The notes beneath the pieces were generated by a model. That model did no database searches and had not been told where the DNA came from. It was given only the letters and a program-made list of their open reading frames with translations. The position numbers and the translations under genes were made by a program. A stretch of 64,000 bases of DNA. It comes from Octopus vulgaris. Its lineage: Eukaryota. Location of the stretch: positions 6,758,001 to 6,822,000 of the forward strand of contig OX597830.1 in assembly GCA_951406725.2 (NCBI GenBank), read 5' to 3'. Below are positions 13,016 through 26,447 of the stretch, in pieces. Position 1 is the first letter of the stretch. Every line of letters begins with the position of its first letter.

Positions 13016-13313
13016 GAGGCGCAATGGCCCAGTGGTTAGGGCAGCGGACTCGCGGTCGTAGAATCGCGGTTTCGATTCCCAGACCGGGCGTTATGAGTGT
13101 TTATTGAGCGAAAACACCTAAAAGCTCCGGCAGGGGGGGGGGGAAGATCCTTGCTGTACTCTTTCACCACTCTTTCTCCCACTCTTTCTTCTGTTGGCAT
13201 ACTCGCTTACCCAGCGGGGTGGCGTCATTCGAAGGCTAAAACAATGCGAGCGCATTGTGACCAGCGGTGTGTAACTACATCTGATGGACTGGTCGGTCAC
13301 GTGATCACGTGAT
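13015..13313 (+). mobile_element. tRNA-derived SINE with RTE-like 3' tail
   Basis: A box TGGCCCAGTGG and B box GGTTTCGATTCC. The 3' tail GTGACCAGCGGTGT...CTGATGGACTGGTCGGTCA matches the end of the RTE at 35818. Confidence 0.88.
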
Positions 13314-13515
13314 ATGTATATGTACATGCATATATGGTTACAGGACACCAAAAAATCGTAGAACACAATGAGAAACGAAAACAAAGACAAAACATGGAAA
13401 CGGACCTTTTACAAACAATGAAAAAACAGAGTACAAGACATACAACACAAAGAAAATTCCCCTTCTTCAGTTGCGCCTGTTTTGGCTACTCCGCGTTTCG
13501 AAGGTCTATATGCAT

Positions 13516-14355
13516 ACGTGGCGCGATCAATAAGCATCTCGTAAAGCCGCTTGGCAAAGATTGACCTTAAACTCCACTGTGCATGCGCAGTATGTTTTAA
13601 CGTTCTATCTGACTGACGCTGTTTATAGCAGTGCTTGGAAAGAACGTTTGTAGCGTGTGAACGTCGCATTGACTATGACAGAGATAGTTGGGCAGAGAAT
13701 CTTCGTCAAAATTTGCGAAATGTTTTATGATACCTGCTCAGGGGGCGGCGCGAAGTTTTCAAGAAGTTTTCATCGCTCTCGACACAATCGAAGATATCTT
13801 GTACATCTGAAACCCGAGTGTCATTTTGGTCAACTGTAAACAGTTTCGACACAAACTTGGCTGACAGGAATCTCATATCCAAATCTTCAGTGATAATGGA
13901 CTGAACCGTATCTAATCTGCACATTCTCTGACACCTCACGGATGGTGATTCGACGATTTCCCTTCACAGCTGCACGCAAACTGCGATGTGTTTTTCTTTT
14001 CAGTTCTGCTGGCAGCGGGTTTCCCAGAACGTTTGTCAATATCGACATTTTTCGGCAATTTTCAGTAACTCTGTACCAGTTGTACACTTGTGTGCGGTTA
14101 ACGCGATCCTTCCCATACACTTTCTGCAGCTTTGCATAGGCATCTGACAATTATCTGTCACGGTCAATGCAACGATCACACACTACACACCTTCCTTCCA
14201 AGTGCTGCTGTAAACAGCGGAAGTGAGGTACAACATTAACATGTAGTGCACATGTGCAACAGTGTTCCAGATTAATCTTTGCCAAACTGGTCTACTCTGC
14301 GTGGTTTAGCTTTGTTACTATGGCAACAGTCCAGATACTTATTCATCAGACTGTG
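13516..14355. mobile_element. Mariner derivative made of two inverted 5' halves
   Basis: The + part (13516-~13742) encodes MTEIVGQRIFVKIC..DTCS. The - part (14355-~13750) encodes AYAKLQKVYGKD..RTQVYNWY, NRRITIREVSE, IITEDLDMR..SAKFVSKL. The two 5' UTRs align to each other. Confidence 0.85.
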
Positions 14356-14391
14356 TGTGTGGGAATATATATATATACATATATATGTATA

Positions 14392-14483
<92 letters not shown>

Positions 14484-14750
14484 TATATACATACATATAT
14501 TTGGCGCTGGCGTGAGTGCGTGGTAAGAATTAGGAATATGAAATTTTGCATTTCAAAATACCTTGCATTGTCCTTTCTCATGCCCTAATGTTTTCCCGCT
14601 CAAGGTATATATTTTCCCGCTCAAGATTATATATTTAAATAGGTTTTGTAGTTTAAATTGGATGCAAAATAAAACAATTGTAGGTGAAGATGTTAATGGA
14701 TTCATAAATTAATTTGTATCCATTAGATCTCTCCGTTTCCAAGCTTGCAT

Positions 14751-14789
<39 letters not shown>

Positions 14790-14850
14790 ATTGTGTGTGT
14801 TTTGTGTGTTTGTGTCTGGGTATATATGTATATATATATATGTATGTATG

Positions 14851-14882
<32 letters not shown>

Positions 14883-14937
14883 ACAAAATAAATAAAACAT
14901 ATGCGTATATACATACATATATGTACATACCTACATC

Positions 14938-14992
<55 letters not shown>

Positions 14993-14994
<2 letters not shown>

Positions 14995-15288
14995 AGGCGC
15001 AATGGCCCAGTGGTTAGGGCAGCGGACTCGCGGTCGTAGAATCGCGGTTCCGATTCCCAGACCGGGCGTTATGAGTGTTTATTGAGCAAAAACACCTAAA
15101 AGCTCCGGCAGTGGGGGGGTGATCCCTGCTGTACTCTTTCACCACTCTTTCTCCCACTATTTCTTCTGTTGGCATGCTCGCTTACCCAGCTGGGTGGCGT
15201 CATTCGAAGGCTAAAACAATGCGTACGCATTGTGACCAGCGGTGTGTAACTACATCTGATGGACTGGTCGGTCACGTGATCACGTGAT
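14993..15288 (+). mobile_element. tRNA-derived SINE with RTE-like tail (duplicate of 13015-13313)
   Basis: Near-identical to 13015-13313, including flanks. Confidence 0.88.
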
Positions 15289-15426
15289 ATGTATATGTAC
15301 ATGCATATATGGTTACAGGACACCAAAAAATCGTAAGATTCGGCATCTTATTACAGGTGACAATTCAACATCTGTACGATACATACTTACACACATTCCT
15401 ATATATATATATATATACCTACATAC

Positions 15427-15458
<32 letters not shown>

Positions 15459-15579
15459 GTTGTATTTCGGATGGTTATTTTATTTACTAATGATAAATAA
15501 AATCACCATACCGAAATATACCAATGTCTGATACAACACGATTTCATATGAGAAATATTGCAAAACAAATTGATAAACG

Positions 15580-15659
<80 letters not shown>

Positions 15660-15681
15660 ATATATATATATATATATATAT

Positions 15682-15754
<73 letters not shown>

Positions 15755-15806
15755 CAAACAGACAAACAGAGATGGATGAAGTGATAGCTCCCATAGATCT
15801 TCCAAT

Positions 15807-15870
15807 TTATACAATATTTTTCTCCACCTCTTCTTTACAACCAAAGTCCTCTAAATTTCTGCCTCTATAC
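15807..15870 (-). CDS. Candidate terminal coding exon ([20 protein letters not shown])
   Basis: Acceptor tgtgtag at 15871-2. In phase with the donor at 16060 if the PAKKVKL frame is used. Weak support. Confidence 0.2.
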
Positions 15871-16060
15871 CTACACACACAAACACAAACACACACACAC
15901 ACACACAAACACACACGCACACACACACACACACGCACACACACACACACACGTACACACACACATGCGCGAACACACACAAATACATACAGATACACAC
16001 AAAGAAACACACACTCCAACACACATATTCAAACACACACACACGTACACGTATACTCAC

Positions 16061-16193
16061 GCCAACATGTCCGTTTCACTGGCCGCGAGCAAGTTAAGCT
16101 TCACTTTCTTCGCTGGCAATCCCCCATCTTTTGTTCATCTCGCTGGTCGCGTGATGGTCTTCCGTATTGAGAGACGTACTCAGGTTCTGAATG
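16061..16193 (-). CDS. Candidate coding exon of an unidentified gene, with an apparent 1-nt frameshift
   Basis: Acceptor ccctccctctttctag and donor GC|GTGAGT. The 3' part reads KDGGLPAKKVKLNLLAASETDML (NLS-like). No frame is open across all 133 nt. Confidence 0.35.
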
Positions 16194-16388
16194 CTAGAAA
16201 GAGGGAGGGCATGAGAGTGTGAAGGTAAGACTGAAGGCTATGAGCCAGTGGTGAGGAAAATCTTCAGGTGAATCTCTCGCTTCAGATTCGGCATCTTATT
16301 ACAGGTGACAATACAACATCTGTACGATACATACTTACACACATTCCTATATATATATATACCTACATACATATATATATACATGTAC

Positions 16389-16506
<118 letters not shown>

Positions 16507-16875
16507 CGTATGTATGTATATGTATACATATATATACGGACATACATACATACGCATAGGCACAAGCGGACACAAATGCATATGTGCGTATACATATATA
16601 TTTTATACACGCAAATACATATATTTGTGTATTTGCATATTATTCACCTGTTGATATGTATTTATACGTGTGTGTGTCTGTGTGTTGAATGCATATGTAC
16701 GTGTGTGTGTGTGCATATTTATACACAGACGGACGCACAGACAGATAGATATGAACATGCACTTGCATTCAAACGTACATACGAACGTACATGTATACAT
16801 ATATATACATACATACATACATATATTTATATTATATATACCCTGATAAAGAATACCTGTCTACACACATCACAC

Positions 16876-16929
<54 letters not shown>

Positions 16930-17074
16930 GTATATATATAAATATATGTATATATATAAATGTTTATATATACATACATATACACACATATATATCTACA
17001 CATATATATATATGCATATACACACATACATATATCTACATATATACATATATATATATATGTATATATATATA

Positions 17075-17115
<41 letters not shown>

Positions 17116-17257
17116 GTATATATATATATATGTGTGTGTGTGTATATATATATATATACATACTTATATGCATATATATGTGTAGATATTCGGATTACAT
17201 TCTCTTTAACACTCATATCAAAGAATTGCTGACTCCCCTGTATCTACCTCTCTCTCC

Positions 17258-17346
<89 letters not shown>

Positions 17347-17777
17347 ACACATACACATACGTGCACATACACAAACTGCCCGGTTTACAGGATGTTACTC
17401 TCTGTAGCGAGCTCCTATATAATAAATACGATTGGCCTTCATTTTTCTAACGATTCTCTTCATTGGTCGGAGTTTTTAAATCAGGGTCCGGCAGCCAGAT
17501 TTGACGACGACCACCAATACCACTACTAATACTACTACTACTGCTGCTGTTGCTGCAACTAGTACCATTATTACTACTGCTGTTGCTACTGCTGCTGCTA
17601 CTACTACAACTATGACTACTCTCAGACACAATAATATACATATATATATATATGTGTATATACATATATAAATATTTTAGCATATATATAATACTATATG
17701 CTATACATTTATAATACATACATATATATATACATTTATTATCACCATCATCATCATCATCATCATCGTTATCATTG

Positions 17778-17820
<43 letters not shown>

Positions 17821-17911
17821 AATTATAATTATCTGTTACCATCACTGACTGATATAAATTATGACTCTTGTCAAATATTTAGTATATTTGACCTTCCATT
17901 CGTTAAGCATT

Positions 17912-18090
17912 ATGAGCGAAATCTGGCAGAAACGTTAGCAAGCCGTATTTCGTCTGTCTTTTACGTTCTGTGTTCAAATTCCACCGGGGTCCACTCTGCC
18001 TTTAATCCTTTCGGGGTCGATAAATTAAGTACCAGGTGTGTACCGGGGTTGATCTACGCGACTGGCCCCTCCTCGAAAATTTCGGGCCTT
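17912..18090 (+). mobile_element. tRNA-derived SINE, Meta-domain-like family
   Basis: TGGCAGAAACGTTAGCA...GTTCAAATTCC...GCCTTTAATCCTTTCGGGGTCGATAAATTAAGTACCAG shared with many copies in the window. Confidence 0.8.
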
Positions 18091-18234
18091 TCATTTGCCA
18101 GTTCGTATTGCAGGCGAATCAGAAAATCGCCATCCATAACATATGAAGCGCAGTGAGTAACCTTAAAGAGTTATTCATGGATAGCAATCACACATGGCAT
18201 CAGCCAATGACACATACGGATATTTGCATCGATG

Positions 18235-18287
<53 letters not shown>

Positions 18288-18291
<4 letters not shown>

Positions 18292-18465
18292 TCTTGTGTC
18301 TGAGGAGAGTCATTTTCTTTTTGTACATTATAATTTAACACACTCACCGGTAAAATTTCCACTTTATTTTCCTTAAATTTTCCTAGCATCTTACAACCCT
18401 TTAAATAGTCTTGACTATTATAAGGCACAAAAAGAAAATGTCTCTCCCCAGACACAACAGAATAT
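18288..18465. mobile_element. MITE-like element with ~45-bp TIRs
   Basis: TTGTGTCTGAGGAGAGTCATTTTCTTTTTGT...TATAAT versus ATTATAAGGCACAAAAAGAAAATGTCTCTCCCCAGACACAA. Confidence 0.7.
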
Positions 18466-18521
18466 GCGTTAACACACGAACTCACATAAATAACGTTGCA
18501 AATCATATCCAAAAACGAAAC

Positions 18522-18642
<121 letters not shown>

Positions 18643-18857
18643 AAATATTGCATTTGTAAATCTCTGAGAGAGACTTATACAGTAGCAGCACGATAAAATA
18701 TCTCTCTTGAGCATATATACACACGTACGCACAGAACCTTATAAAGTCACATACACAAACCCTGACACACATACATAGAGACATAAACACATCTATATTC
18801 ACACACTCTAATATAGAGAAAACACTTATTTTTTATTAACTGCCCAAACTTCCTCTT

Positions 18858-18900
<43 letters not shown>

Positions 18901-19475
18901 ATCAGCAACATGTCTCTCAGCCTTGTGAGCAAATGTAGGATCGTGGCCTGATTCCAATGCGATTCCTTAATGCCGAAGAATCAAAGAACTTAACAAATAA
19001 ACTACCAATCAATCTGAGAAGACCTGAGTAGATTTCCAAGACATTAATAATTCCAATGGCGTGGAAATTCCATAAAAATATACGCAGTGAATAAGTAAAC
19101 AAATTATTACTAAATGATATTCTAAATTTTATAAAATCATTCAGATAGAGTTTGAGTTTCGCATCTCAATGTGATGTGTGACAACAGGTGGGCGAAAAAT
19201 CTTAGCAAAATGGAATCTAAGAAGCTGCGAAACAGTCACAGGATGGTCACGGATGAAATGGAAGAAAGTATTGGACAGATGTCATAAAAAGTGAAGGTCG
19301 TAAACCTGAAACCGAACAGCGTCAGGCGCTCAAACATATACATAATACCCACTCCAATACACATACACATACACATATACACACATATATATATACATAC
19401 ACATAGATATGCATATATGTGAGAATATACCTCCATATACACAATACATATGAGAATAAATGTATATATTTATAT

Positions 19476-19697
19476 ATTTCTTTATTGCCCACAAGGGGCT
19501 AAACATACAGAGGACAAACAAAGGGATTAAGTCGATTACATCGACCCCAGTGCGAAACTGGTACTTTTATTTATCGACCCCGAAAGGATGAAAGGCAAAG
19601 TCGACCTCGGCGGAATTTGAACTCAGAACGTAACGATATACGAAATACCGCGAAGCATTCCGCCCGGGGCGCCAACGTGTCTGCCAGCTCGCCGCCT
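19476..19697 (-). mobile_element. tRNA-derived SINE, Meta-like core, Tx1-like 3' tail
   Basis: Reverse complement of GGCGGCGAGCTGGCAGA...CCTTTCGGGGTCGATAAA...TTTAGCCCCTTGTGGGCAATAAAGAAAT. Confidence 0.88.
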
Positions 19698-19699
19698 TA

Positions 19700-19820
19700 T
19701 AAAATGTATATATTTATAATCATACTTATATAATATATAATATAAATATATATATTTATAATCATACTTATATAATATATAATATAAATGTATATATTTA
19801 TAATCATACTTATATAATAT
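19700..19820. repeat. ~42-bp AT-rich tandem repeat, about 3 copies
   Basis: TTATAATCATACTTATATAATATA occurs three times. Confidence 0.8.
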
Positions 19821-20113
19821 ATACATACGTGTATATGTACATGCACACATACATACGTACGTACACACATATATACATACGTAAATAGATACATGTGAAG
19901 GACAATATACATATATCAACGATAAGCTACATGTGTCAACTTACTTTATCTATCACCCTATACATATCAAGACGTGTTTTACATTTGATCCACCAATCTA
20001 TGTGTCTTCCACTTCTGCCATCTCTGTGAATACTTATCTCTCTACAGATTTGTTGAGTATAACTTCTCTATCTGATAATCTACGCACTAAACAATGCACA
20101 CACACACACTCAC

Positions 20114-20157
<44 letters not shown>

Positions 20158-20671
20158 TATACATATATATAGATATATATATATATACATAAATATACAT
20201 ATATATAGATATATATATATATATATACACATATACATGTATATATGTATTTACATATAATCATATATATATATGTATTCACATGCTTATAAACACACGT
20301 TGCACACACATACACACACACAAACACATACACATACACACATATTTACACATACATATGCAAAAATTTATACGCAAATTACAAATTGCGTGGCTTTATT
20401 TCTTCCGCTCGCAGCCATTATTTGCCATTCGCTAATTTTCTATTTTTCCATTATTTCTTTGACACTGGTAACCTGTTTCCATGGAATAGAATGGCAATTG
20501 CAACAAGCGCATCAACGACAACAACAACAACAACATCAACAGCAACGCATACGACATTAGCAACAACCAAAACAACAACTCACATAGCAGCATCTATACG
20601 CCTCTAAGTAGTTTTATCATCAATTTTCTAGTATATGTTTTAGGCGTCCATTATTGTTCGGATAATGATGT

Positions 20672-20838
<167 letters not shown>

Positions 20839-21372
20839 ATTTTCCTTGTTAACAACAAGGGTTGACAAAAAGATGGCGGACCGCGAAACACGAACAAGAA
20901 GGGGCGTCAAACAAGGGAGATAACAAAATCCCTCTTTGTGTTTTTGACTCCGCATATTTCACAATAGACATGCTGAGCGACTGAGGTATGGATAGATATT
21001 CCTTGTCGGTGACGGAATTGGTGTCAGTGAATCTGTATAATCAAAACATGCATTTGTAGGTCAGACAATGCAGAGTCAGGGTGATCTGTGAGGTTCCTTG
21101 ATTAAACCCCAAACTTGGTTGTGCTTCTGTAATAAGAGGAACCTCTCAACATCATTTACTCGCATGTTGTGTATGACTTTCGTCTGGATTCGATTTTTCT
21201 TGTAAACTACTTACTTCAAGCAACTTGAAAATTCTGTCCCCTTCATTCGACGCCCCTGAGGTAAATAAAAGAAATCATCATCATCATCATCATCATCGTC
21301 GTCGTCGTCGTCGTTTTCGTCGACATCTCAATGTCTTTTTTACCCACATGGCCAATAAAACGTTCTTGTTGC

Positions 21373-21447
<75 letters not shown>

Positions 21448-21458
21448 CATTATTATTA

Positions 21459-21818
21459 TTCAGTAGTTTTATTTTTATAGCGTGCTTTCACTTCACTACC
21501 GAGCGCAGCTCTGTGTGCCTTGGGTATGTGCTGTGATTTGTTGTGATGCTCTGATGGTTATTGTATGGAAAGTGTTCTGCGTAGGATGTGTGCAGTGCCT
21601 AGTAGTGCAATTTTCTGTATGTTATATGTGTTTGTAAGTCCTGGTGTTTTTGTTATGTATTTGTCTGAATATTTTTTTATCATGCCTAATGCACCTACTA
21701 TGATAGGAATTGTTTCTGTTTTCAGGTTCCACATTCTAGTTACCTCTATTTCCAGGTCTTTGTATTTTGAGAGTTTCTCCATTTCTTTTAGAGACACGTT
21801 GTCATCTGCCGGTATTGA
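21459..21818 (-). mobile_element. 3' end of a Dong/R4-like non-LTR element inserted in (TAA)n
   Basis: KLSKYKDLEIEVTRMWNLKTETIPIIVGALG...IQKIALLGTAHILRRTL is the C-terminus of a restriction-like endonuclease domain. TAA repeats on both sides. Confidence 0.85.
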
Positions 21819-21821
21819 TTA

Positions 21822-21887
<66 letters not shown>

Positions 21888-22879
21888 CAGCGAGGTCGAC
21901 TTTGCATTTCATTCTTTCGAGGTCAATAAATTAAGTACCAGGTGCGTACTGGGGTCGATCTAATCGATTGCCCCCCACCCCCGTCCCACCAAAATTTCAG
22001 GCCTTGGATTATTATTAGTATTGTTATATATTGCTGCGTGGGTGGAGGGCAACTGGTTCCCTTTCAGTTTTCGCGACTGCTATCCGGAAGTGGGAGTAAC
22101 AGCCAGGTTTTATATTCCTGATTAATTCCTGAAGGCTTACTCCTGCTCCTTACCTGCTCCTTATCCCCCCCATACACACACACACACCAACCACCCCGGC
22201 ACCTGGGCCACCCCACCACCTGGCCATCCCACCACCTGGCCACTCCGCCACCTGGCCACTCCGCCATCGTCACAACCGTCACCACCTCAATCACTGCCGT
22301 CAACTTACCAGTAATCTTACCCACTGGACTCACCCTCTTCTCTACCGCCCCCCCCCCACCCCCACCCGTTAAACTTGATGTCTTTAGATTATCAACAATC
22401 CACATCACAAACGCTCGCAAAGCTGACAGCTGGCTCTCAACACCGTCATCACAACTGATTCGCTCACCTGATGCTCTTGCCCTTCTCCTTATCCTCCCTC
22501 CTTCTTATCCAGGGTTGCTATTGTGACTAATGTGCTTGTTCTTCTTGTTGCAATTCTTGTTACCTATGTCGTTTTGGTTGTGGTGGCTGTTGCAGTTATT
22601 GTTGTAGTTACTGTTGCTATGGCTACTGTTGTTGTTGTTTTTTTGTTGTTACCGTGGTTGGTGTTATTCACGTGGTTAACGGTGTTGTTGTTGTTGCTGT
22701 TTTTCGATGTTGTTTCTTTACCGTGAGCTGTAAAATTCTGGTAGACACAATCCTTCCACCCCCCCCTTCTTTTACGCCCCCCCCCCCCCACCGATTAGTC
22801 ACCACTGACTTGGAACACTTACGATTAGAAGCGTTCAAGCTGTGAACATCTTTTATAGAACGGCAATATACCTATTCCA

Positions 22880-23095
22880 AAGGCGAGCTGGCAGAAACGT
22901 TAGCACGCCGGGCGAAATGCGTAGACGTATTTCGTCTGTCTTTACGTTCCGAGTTCAAATTCCGCCCAGGTCGACTTTGCCTTTCATCCTTTCGGGATCG
23001 ATATATTAAGTACCAGTTGCGTACTGGGGTCGATCTAATCGACTGGCCCGCCTTCCCAAACATTTTGGGCCTTGTGCCTGGAGTAGAAAAGAATA
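22880..23095 (+). mobile_element. tRNA-derived SINE, Meta-like family
   Basis: GGCGAGCTGGCAGAAACGTTAGCACGCCGGGCG head and the shared core; a partial copy also lies at ~21889-22006. Confidence 0.88.
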
Positions 23096-23189
23096 TTCTC
23101 TTAAATTTAGAACAAAAATATAGAAGCAGTGTGAAATAATTTGAAAGACTTGAATTCTTCAGGAGATACCACAAAACGCTCTCTTGTTA

Positions 23190-23627
23190 ATCGTATTTAC
23201 TCGTCTATAACCTGCACTCGTGTATAACATGCACTCGTGTATAACCTGCACTCGTGTATAACTTGCACTCGGGTATAACATGCACTCGTATATAACCTGC
23301 ACTCGTGTATAACCTGCACTCGTCTATAACTTGCACTCGTCTATAACTTGCTTGCACTCGGGTATAACATGCACTCGTATATAACCTGCACTCGTATATA
23401 ACCTGCACTCGTGTATAACCTGCACTCGCCTATAACCTGCACTCGTGTATAACTTGCACTCGGGTATAACATGTACTCGTGTATAACCTGCACTCGTGTA
23501 TAAGTCGCACACTCAATTGAGTGTTAGTATTCGGTGCTTCATTTACCTCGTATACAAGCCATACTTTCTTTTTATTCAGTTAAATTCTCGTATAGCATAG
23601 CGTGACTTATACATGAGTAGATACATT
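23190..23627. mobile_element. Non-autonomous Tc1/mariner-superfamily (pogo-like) element with an internal 17-bp minisatellite
   Basis: Ends TCGTATTTACTCGTCTATAA and GACTTATACATGAGTAGATAC are imperfect inverted repeats. About 18 copies of CTCGTGTATAACCTGCA at ~23199-23505. Confidence 0.75.
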
Positions 23628-25567
23628 ACGTCGATGTTAAATTTTCTAATCATAGATAATATGTTAACGGGTGAGATCTCAAGTCTGTATCTTGTTATAA
23701 TATTCCAAATACCCACGGCTCTATGAATGCCTGAATAACAAATATATTTGCCGCTTAAACCTTACATTTGACACAATATTGTGACAAGAACATCATTAAT
23801 TCATTATATTAAGCTTGTGTTTCAAATGAAATTTTTTCCCAATAACTTCACACACACGCAAACATATATACATATATATATGTGCATGTTTGTGTGTGTG
23901 TGTGTGTGTGTGTATTGTGGAGTGTTTTTTTTTTCCTGGAAACTTGCGAATATTCTTTCTATATGAATTCGATATTTTCAATTGAATTTAATTTATTCCA
24001 TTATTCCATTATTCCAACAAACAAATTCATTATTCCAATCTGTATTGAACCAAACAATGGATCAAGGACGTATAAATGTTAGGGAGGCGGACGGGCAGAG
24101 GTGGCGGTGTCGGCGGCGGAAATGCAGCAATCACGTCTGTCTTTGATAAGGATCTATGGGTTTGGCCGTGCTGTTAAATTAGGAATAATCGATATTATTT
24201 TGATTAGAACACTTTACAGAAATTGTAACATGATTTAGAATTTGGTGAAAATAAAATTGTTAATTTTCAAATCGGTGATAGAACATTGATCTGGTAATTT
24301 ATTCAAAAAATTATCGATATGTTTGTATACAGTTGTAGAGACGAGAGTTCTAATATTTTGTAGAAGGACCCTAGATTTACAGAAACGTATTCTTTTTAAA
24401 AAGATTTAATTTCTAATTTTACAGTTTCGAAATCGCTTAGATATTTTGAATATTTTCTGATAAAATTCTTTTAAATATAAGATTTTGCACCATTTCCAAG
24501 CAACATGATTTTTAAGACCTTCCAAAGAATTTTTCAGTCATCTTCTTCAATAACTTCGTTTATAGACATCAAAGTGATGTTGGTAATTTCTCTAAGGACA
24601 TCAGAATTTGGGGGGAATTATTAAAAGATTGGATCTTATCCTTTTCGTTTGAAATGTCCGATTTTGTTGAAATTTTCTACACTGATGTAGTTTTGCATGC
24701 TAATTGCCAAAATTTCAATCATTTTTACATTAATAGCAAAGTTACAAACTTTTAAAGTTGGAAAGTTTTGCTTTTTCCTTTCAATAGGAAAACTCCGTTA
24801 TCGACTTATCGACATACCATGAGTCACAATTTCCATGTGAGAATGAAAACAAAATCAAAACAGCACGAAAATTGAAAGATTTTCATTTATTTATTCATTT
24901 ATTTATTGGATAAATAATAAAGGTTTACTGAAAGGTAATTAAAACATTACGAAATGCCTTTAAGGATGAAGATACCACCTTGAACGAAAAAAGTTAAGAG
25001 CTAAAAGAAAAGTCATTCCCTAAATGATATTTAAATGATGGATACAATTCTTTGAAAGACGTATATTCTGTTGGAATTGAATAAAGCCGCCCAGAATACA
25101 AAATAAATTGGAATTAATGGTATAGGTCTCATGCTAATTACAATTACGATCTCTTAGTCGATATATATCTAAAGCTCAGCTTAACGAGCTAGCAGGCAGT
25201 GGCCATACATTCATACACCAAAGTTAACGAATATGTAATAGGTACGGCTTTAGCCATTGTCTGTCCGCAGATGTATAGTTTACAGCCATGTCCGGTAAGT
25301 TCACTGGCTTTTGTTTGTTTTATTATTGTGGGTTTTTTTTTCAATAAAATAGTTTTCAACTATTATTGTTGCGCAAATAGTAGAAAGGATATTTTTCAAT
25401 TGATTAACAAAACCACCTTACCCGCTCTTCTCAATTACCAACTTCGTTATTAACCAGAATAATTAAGAGTTAGTTTGCAACTAATTTTTGTTATTAACGT
25501 AGTGTCTGGTTTTGCTAAAAGTAGCGACTAACTCTTCCTCAGAATCAGACACGCAGGGATATGTAGA

Positions 25568-25870
25568 CTGGCACTCCGTCGGTTACCACGATGAGTACTC
25601 CAGTTGAACCGATCAACGAACAGCCCGCTTGTAAAATTAACAAGCAAGTGGCTGAGTACTCCACAGATACGCGTACTCTTAACGTAGTTCTCAAGGACAT
25701 TCAGCATAATACAGACTGTGGCAAGGTTGGCTCCTTTTGAGTTGCAGGCACTAATCATTTTTGCCAGGTGAGTGAACTCGAACAACATGAAATAAAGTGT
25801 CTTGTAGAAGTGCGCAATGCGCCACCGGGAATCGAAATCAAAACCTTACGATCGTGAGTCAAATGCCTTC
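25568..25870 (-). mobile_element. SINE, third family (also ~44548-44850 and ~53037-53385)
   Basis: Shared GCACTCCGTCGGTTACGACG...CCGATCAACGGAACAGCC...GTGGCTGAGCACTCCACAGACACG block, with a tRNA-like head (GGGAATCGAA) at the right end. Confidence 0.8.
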
Positions 25871-26106
25871 ACAACCAACATTCATAATCGGTGATATATT
25901 ACCACAACTTGATAATGGAATTAGGAACCAACGGGTTGACCTTAATGCAGTGTCTGGATTTGCTTAAAGTAACAGCGAAGACTTCCTCAAACCAGACACA
26001 CGCAGAGAGGTAAAAGAAGGATTATGCGAGAGAAGGACACATTCAGTAATGTCTAGTATCTGCTGTTTGTATTTCTACTGGAGGCCTTAAACAATTTTTT
26101 AAGGTG

Positions 26107-26447
26107 GAGGCAAGTCGATTACATCGACCCCAGTGCGTAACTGGTACTTATTCCATTTACCCCGAAAGGATGAAAGGGAAAGCCGACCTGGGCGGAATTA
26201 GATCTCAGAACGTAACGGCAGACGAAATACTTATTTCTTTACTACCCACAAGGGGCTAAACACAGAGGAGAAACAAGAACAGACAGACGGATTAAGTTGA
26301 TTACCCCAGTGCGTAACTGGTACTTAATTTATCGACCCCGAAAGGCAAAGTCGACTTCGGTGGAATTTGAACTCAGAACGTGACGGCCGACGAAATACTG
26401 CTAAGCATTTCGCCGGGCGTGCTAACGATTCTGCCAGGTCGCCGCCT
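26107..26447 (-). mobile_element. Meta-like SINE with tandemly duplicated body
   Basis: The core occurs twice; a single head at ~26400-26447. Confidence 0.85.

Noticed and set aside
13015-13090. tRNA gene
   Set aside because: A and B boxes are present but continue into a SINE body and LINE-derived tail; multi-copy.
13455-13505. Permuted hammerhead (GAAACGCGGAGTA...CTGAAGAAGG on the minus strand)
   Set aside because: Stem I does not pair adjacent to the CUGA core, so it was not counted as a ribozyme.
18348-18414. Apparent minus-strand exon with strong donor CCG|GTGAGT
   Set aside because: It lies between the two TIRs of a MITE, and the pyrimidine tract is part of the TIR. Exonisation is possible but unsupported.
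20850-21032. ~60-codon minus-strand open frame after a TACAG acceptor
   Set aside because: No recognisable protein, and it contains AGGGAGATAA as seen in Penelope-associated sequence elsewhere in the window.
23199-23505. CRISPR-like array
   Set aside because: Contiguous 17-bp units with no unique spacers, no cas genes, and a eukaryotic context.
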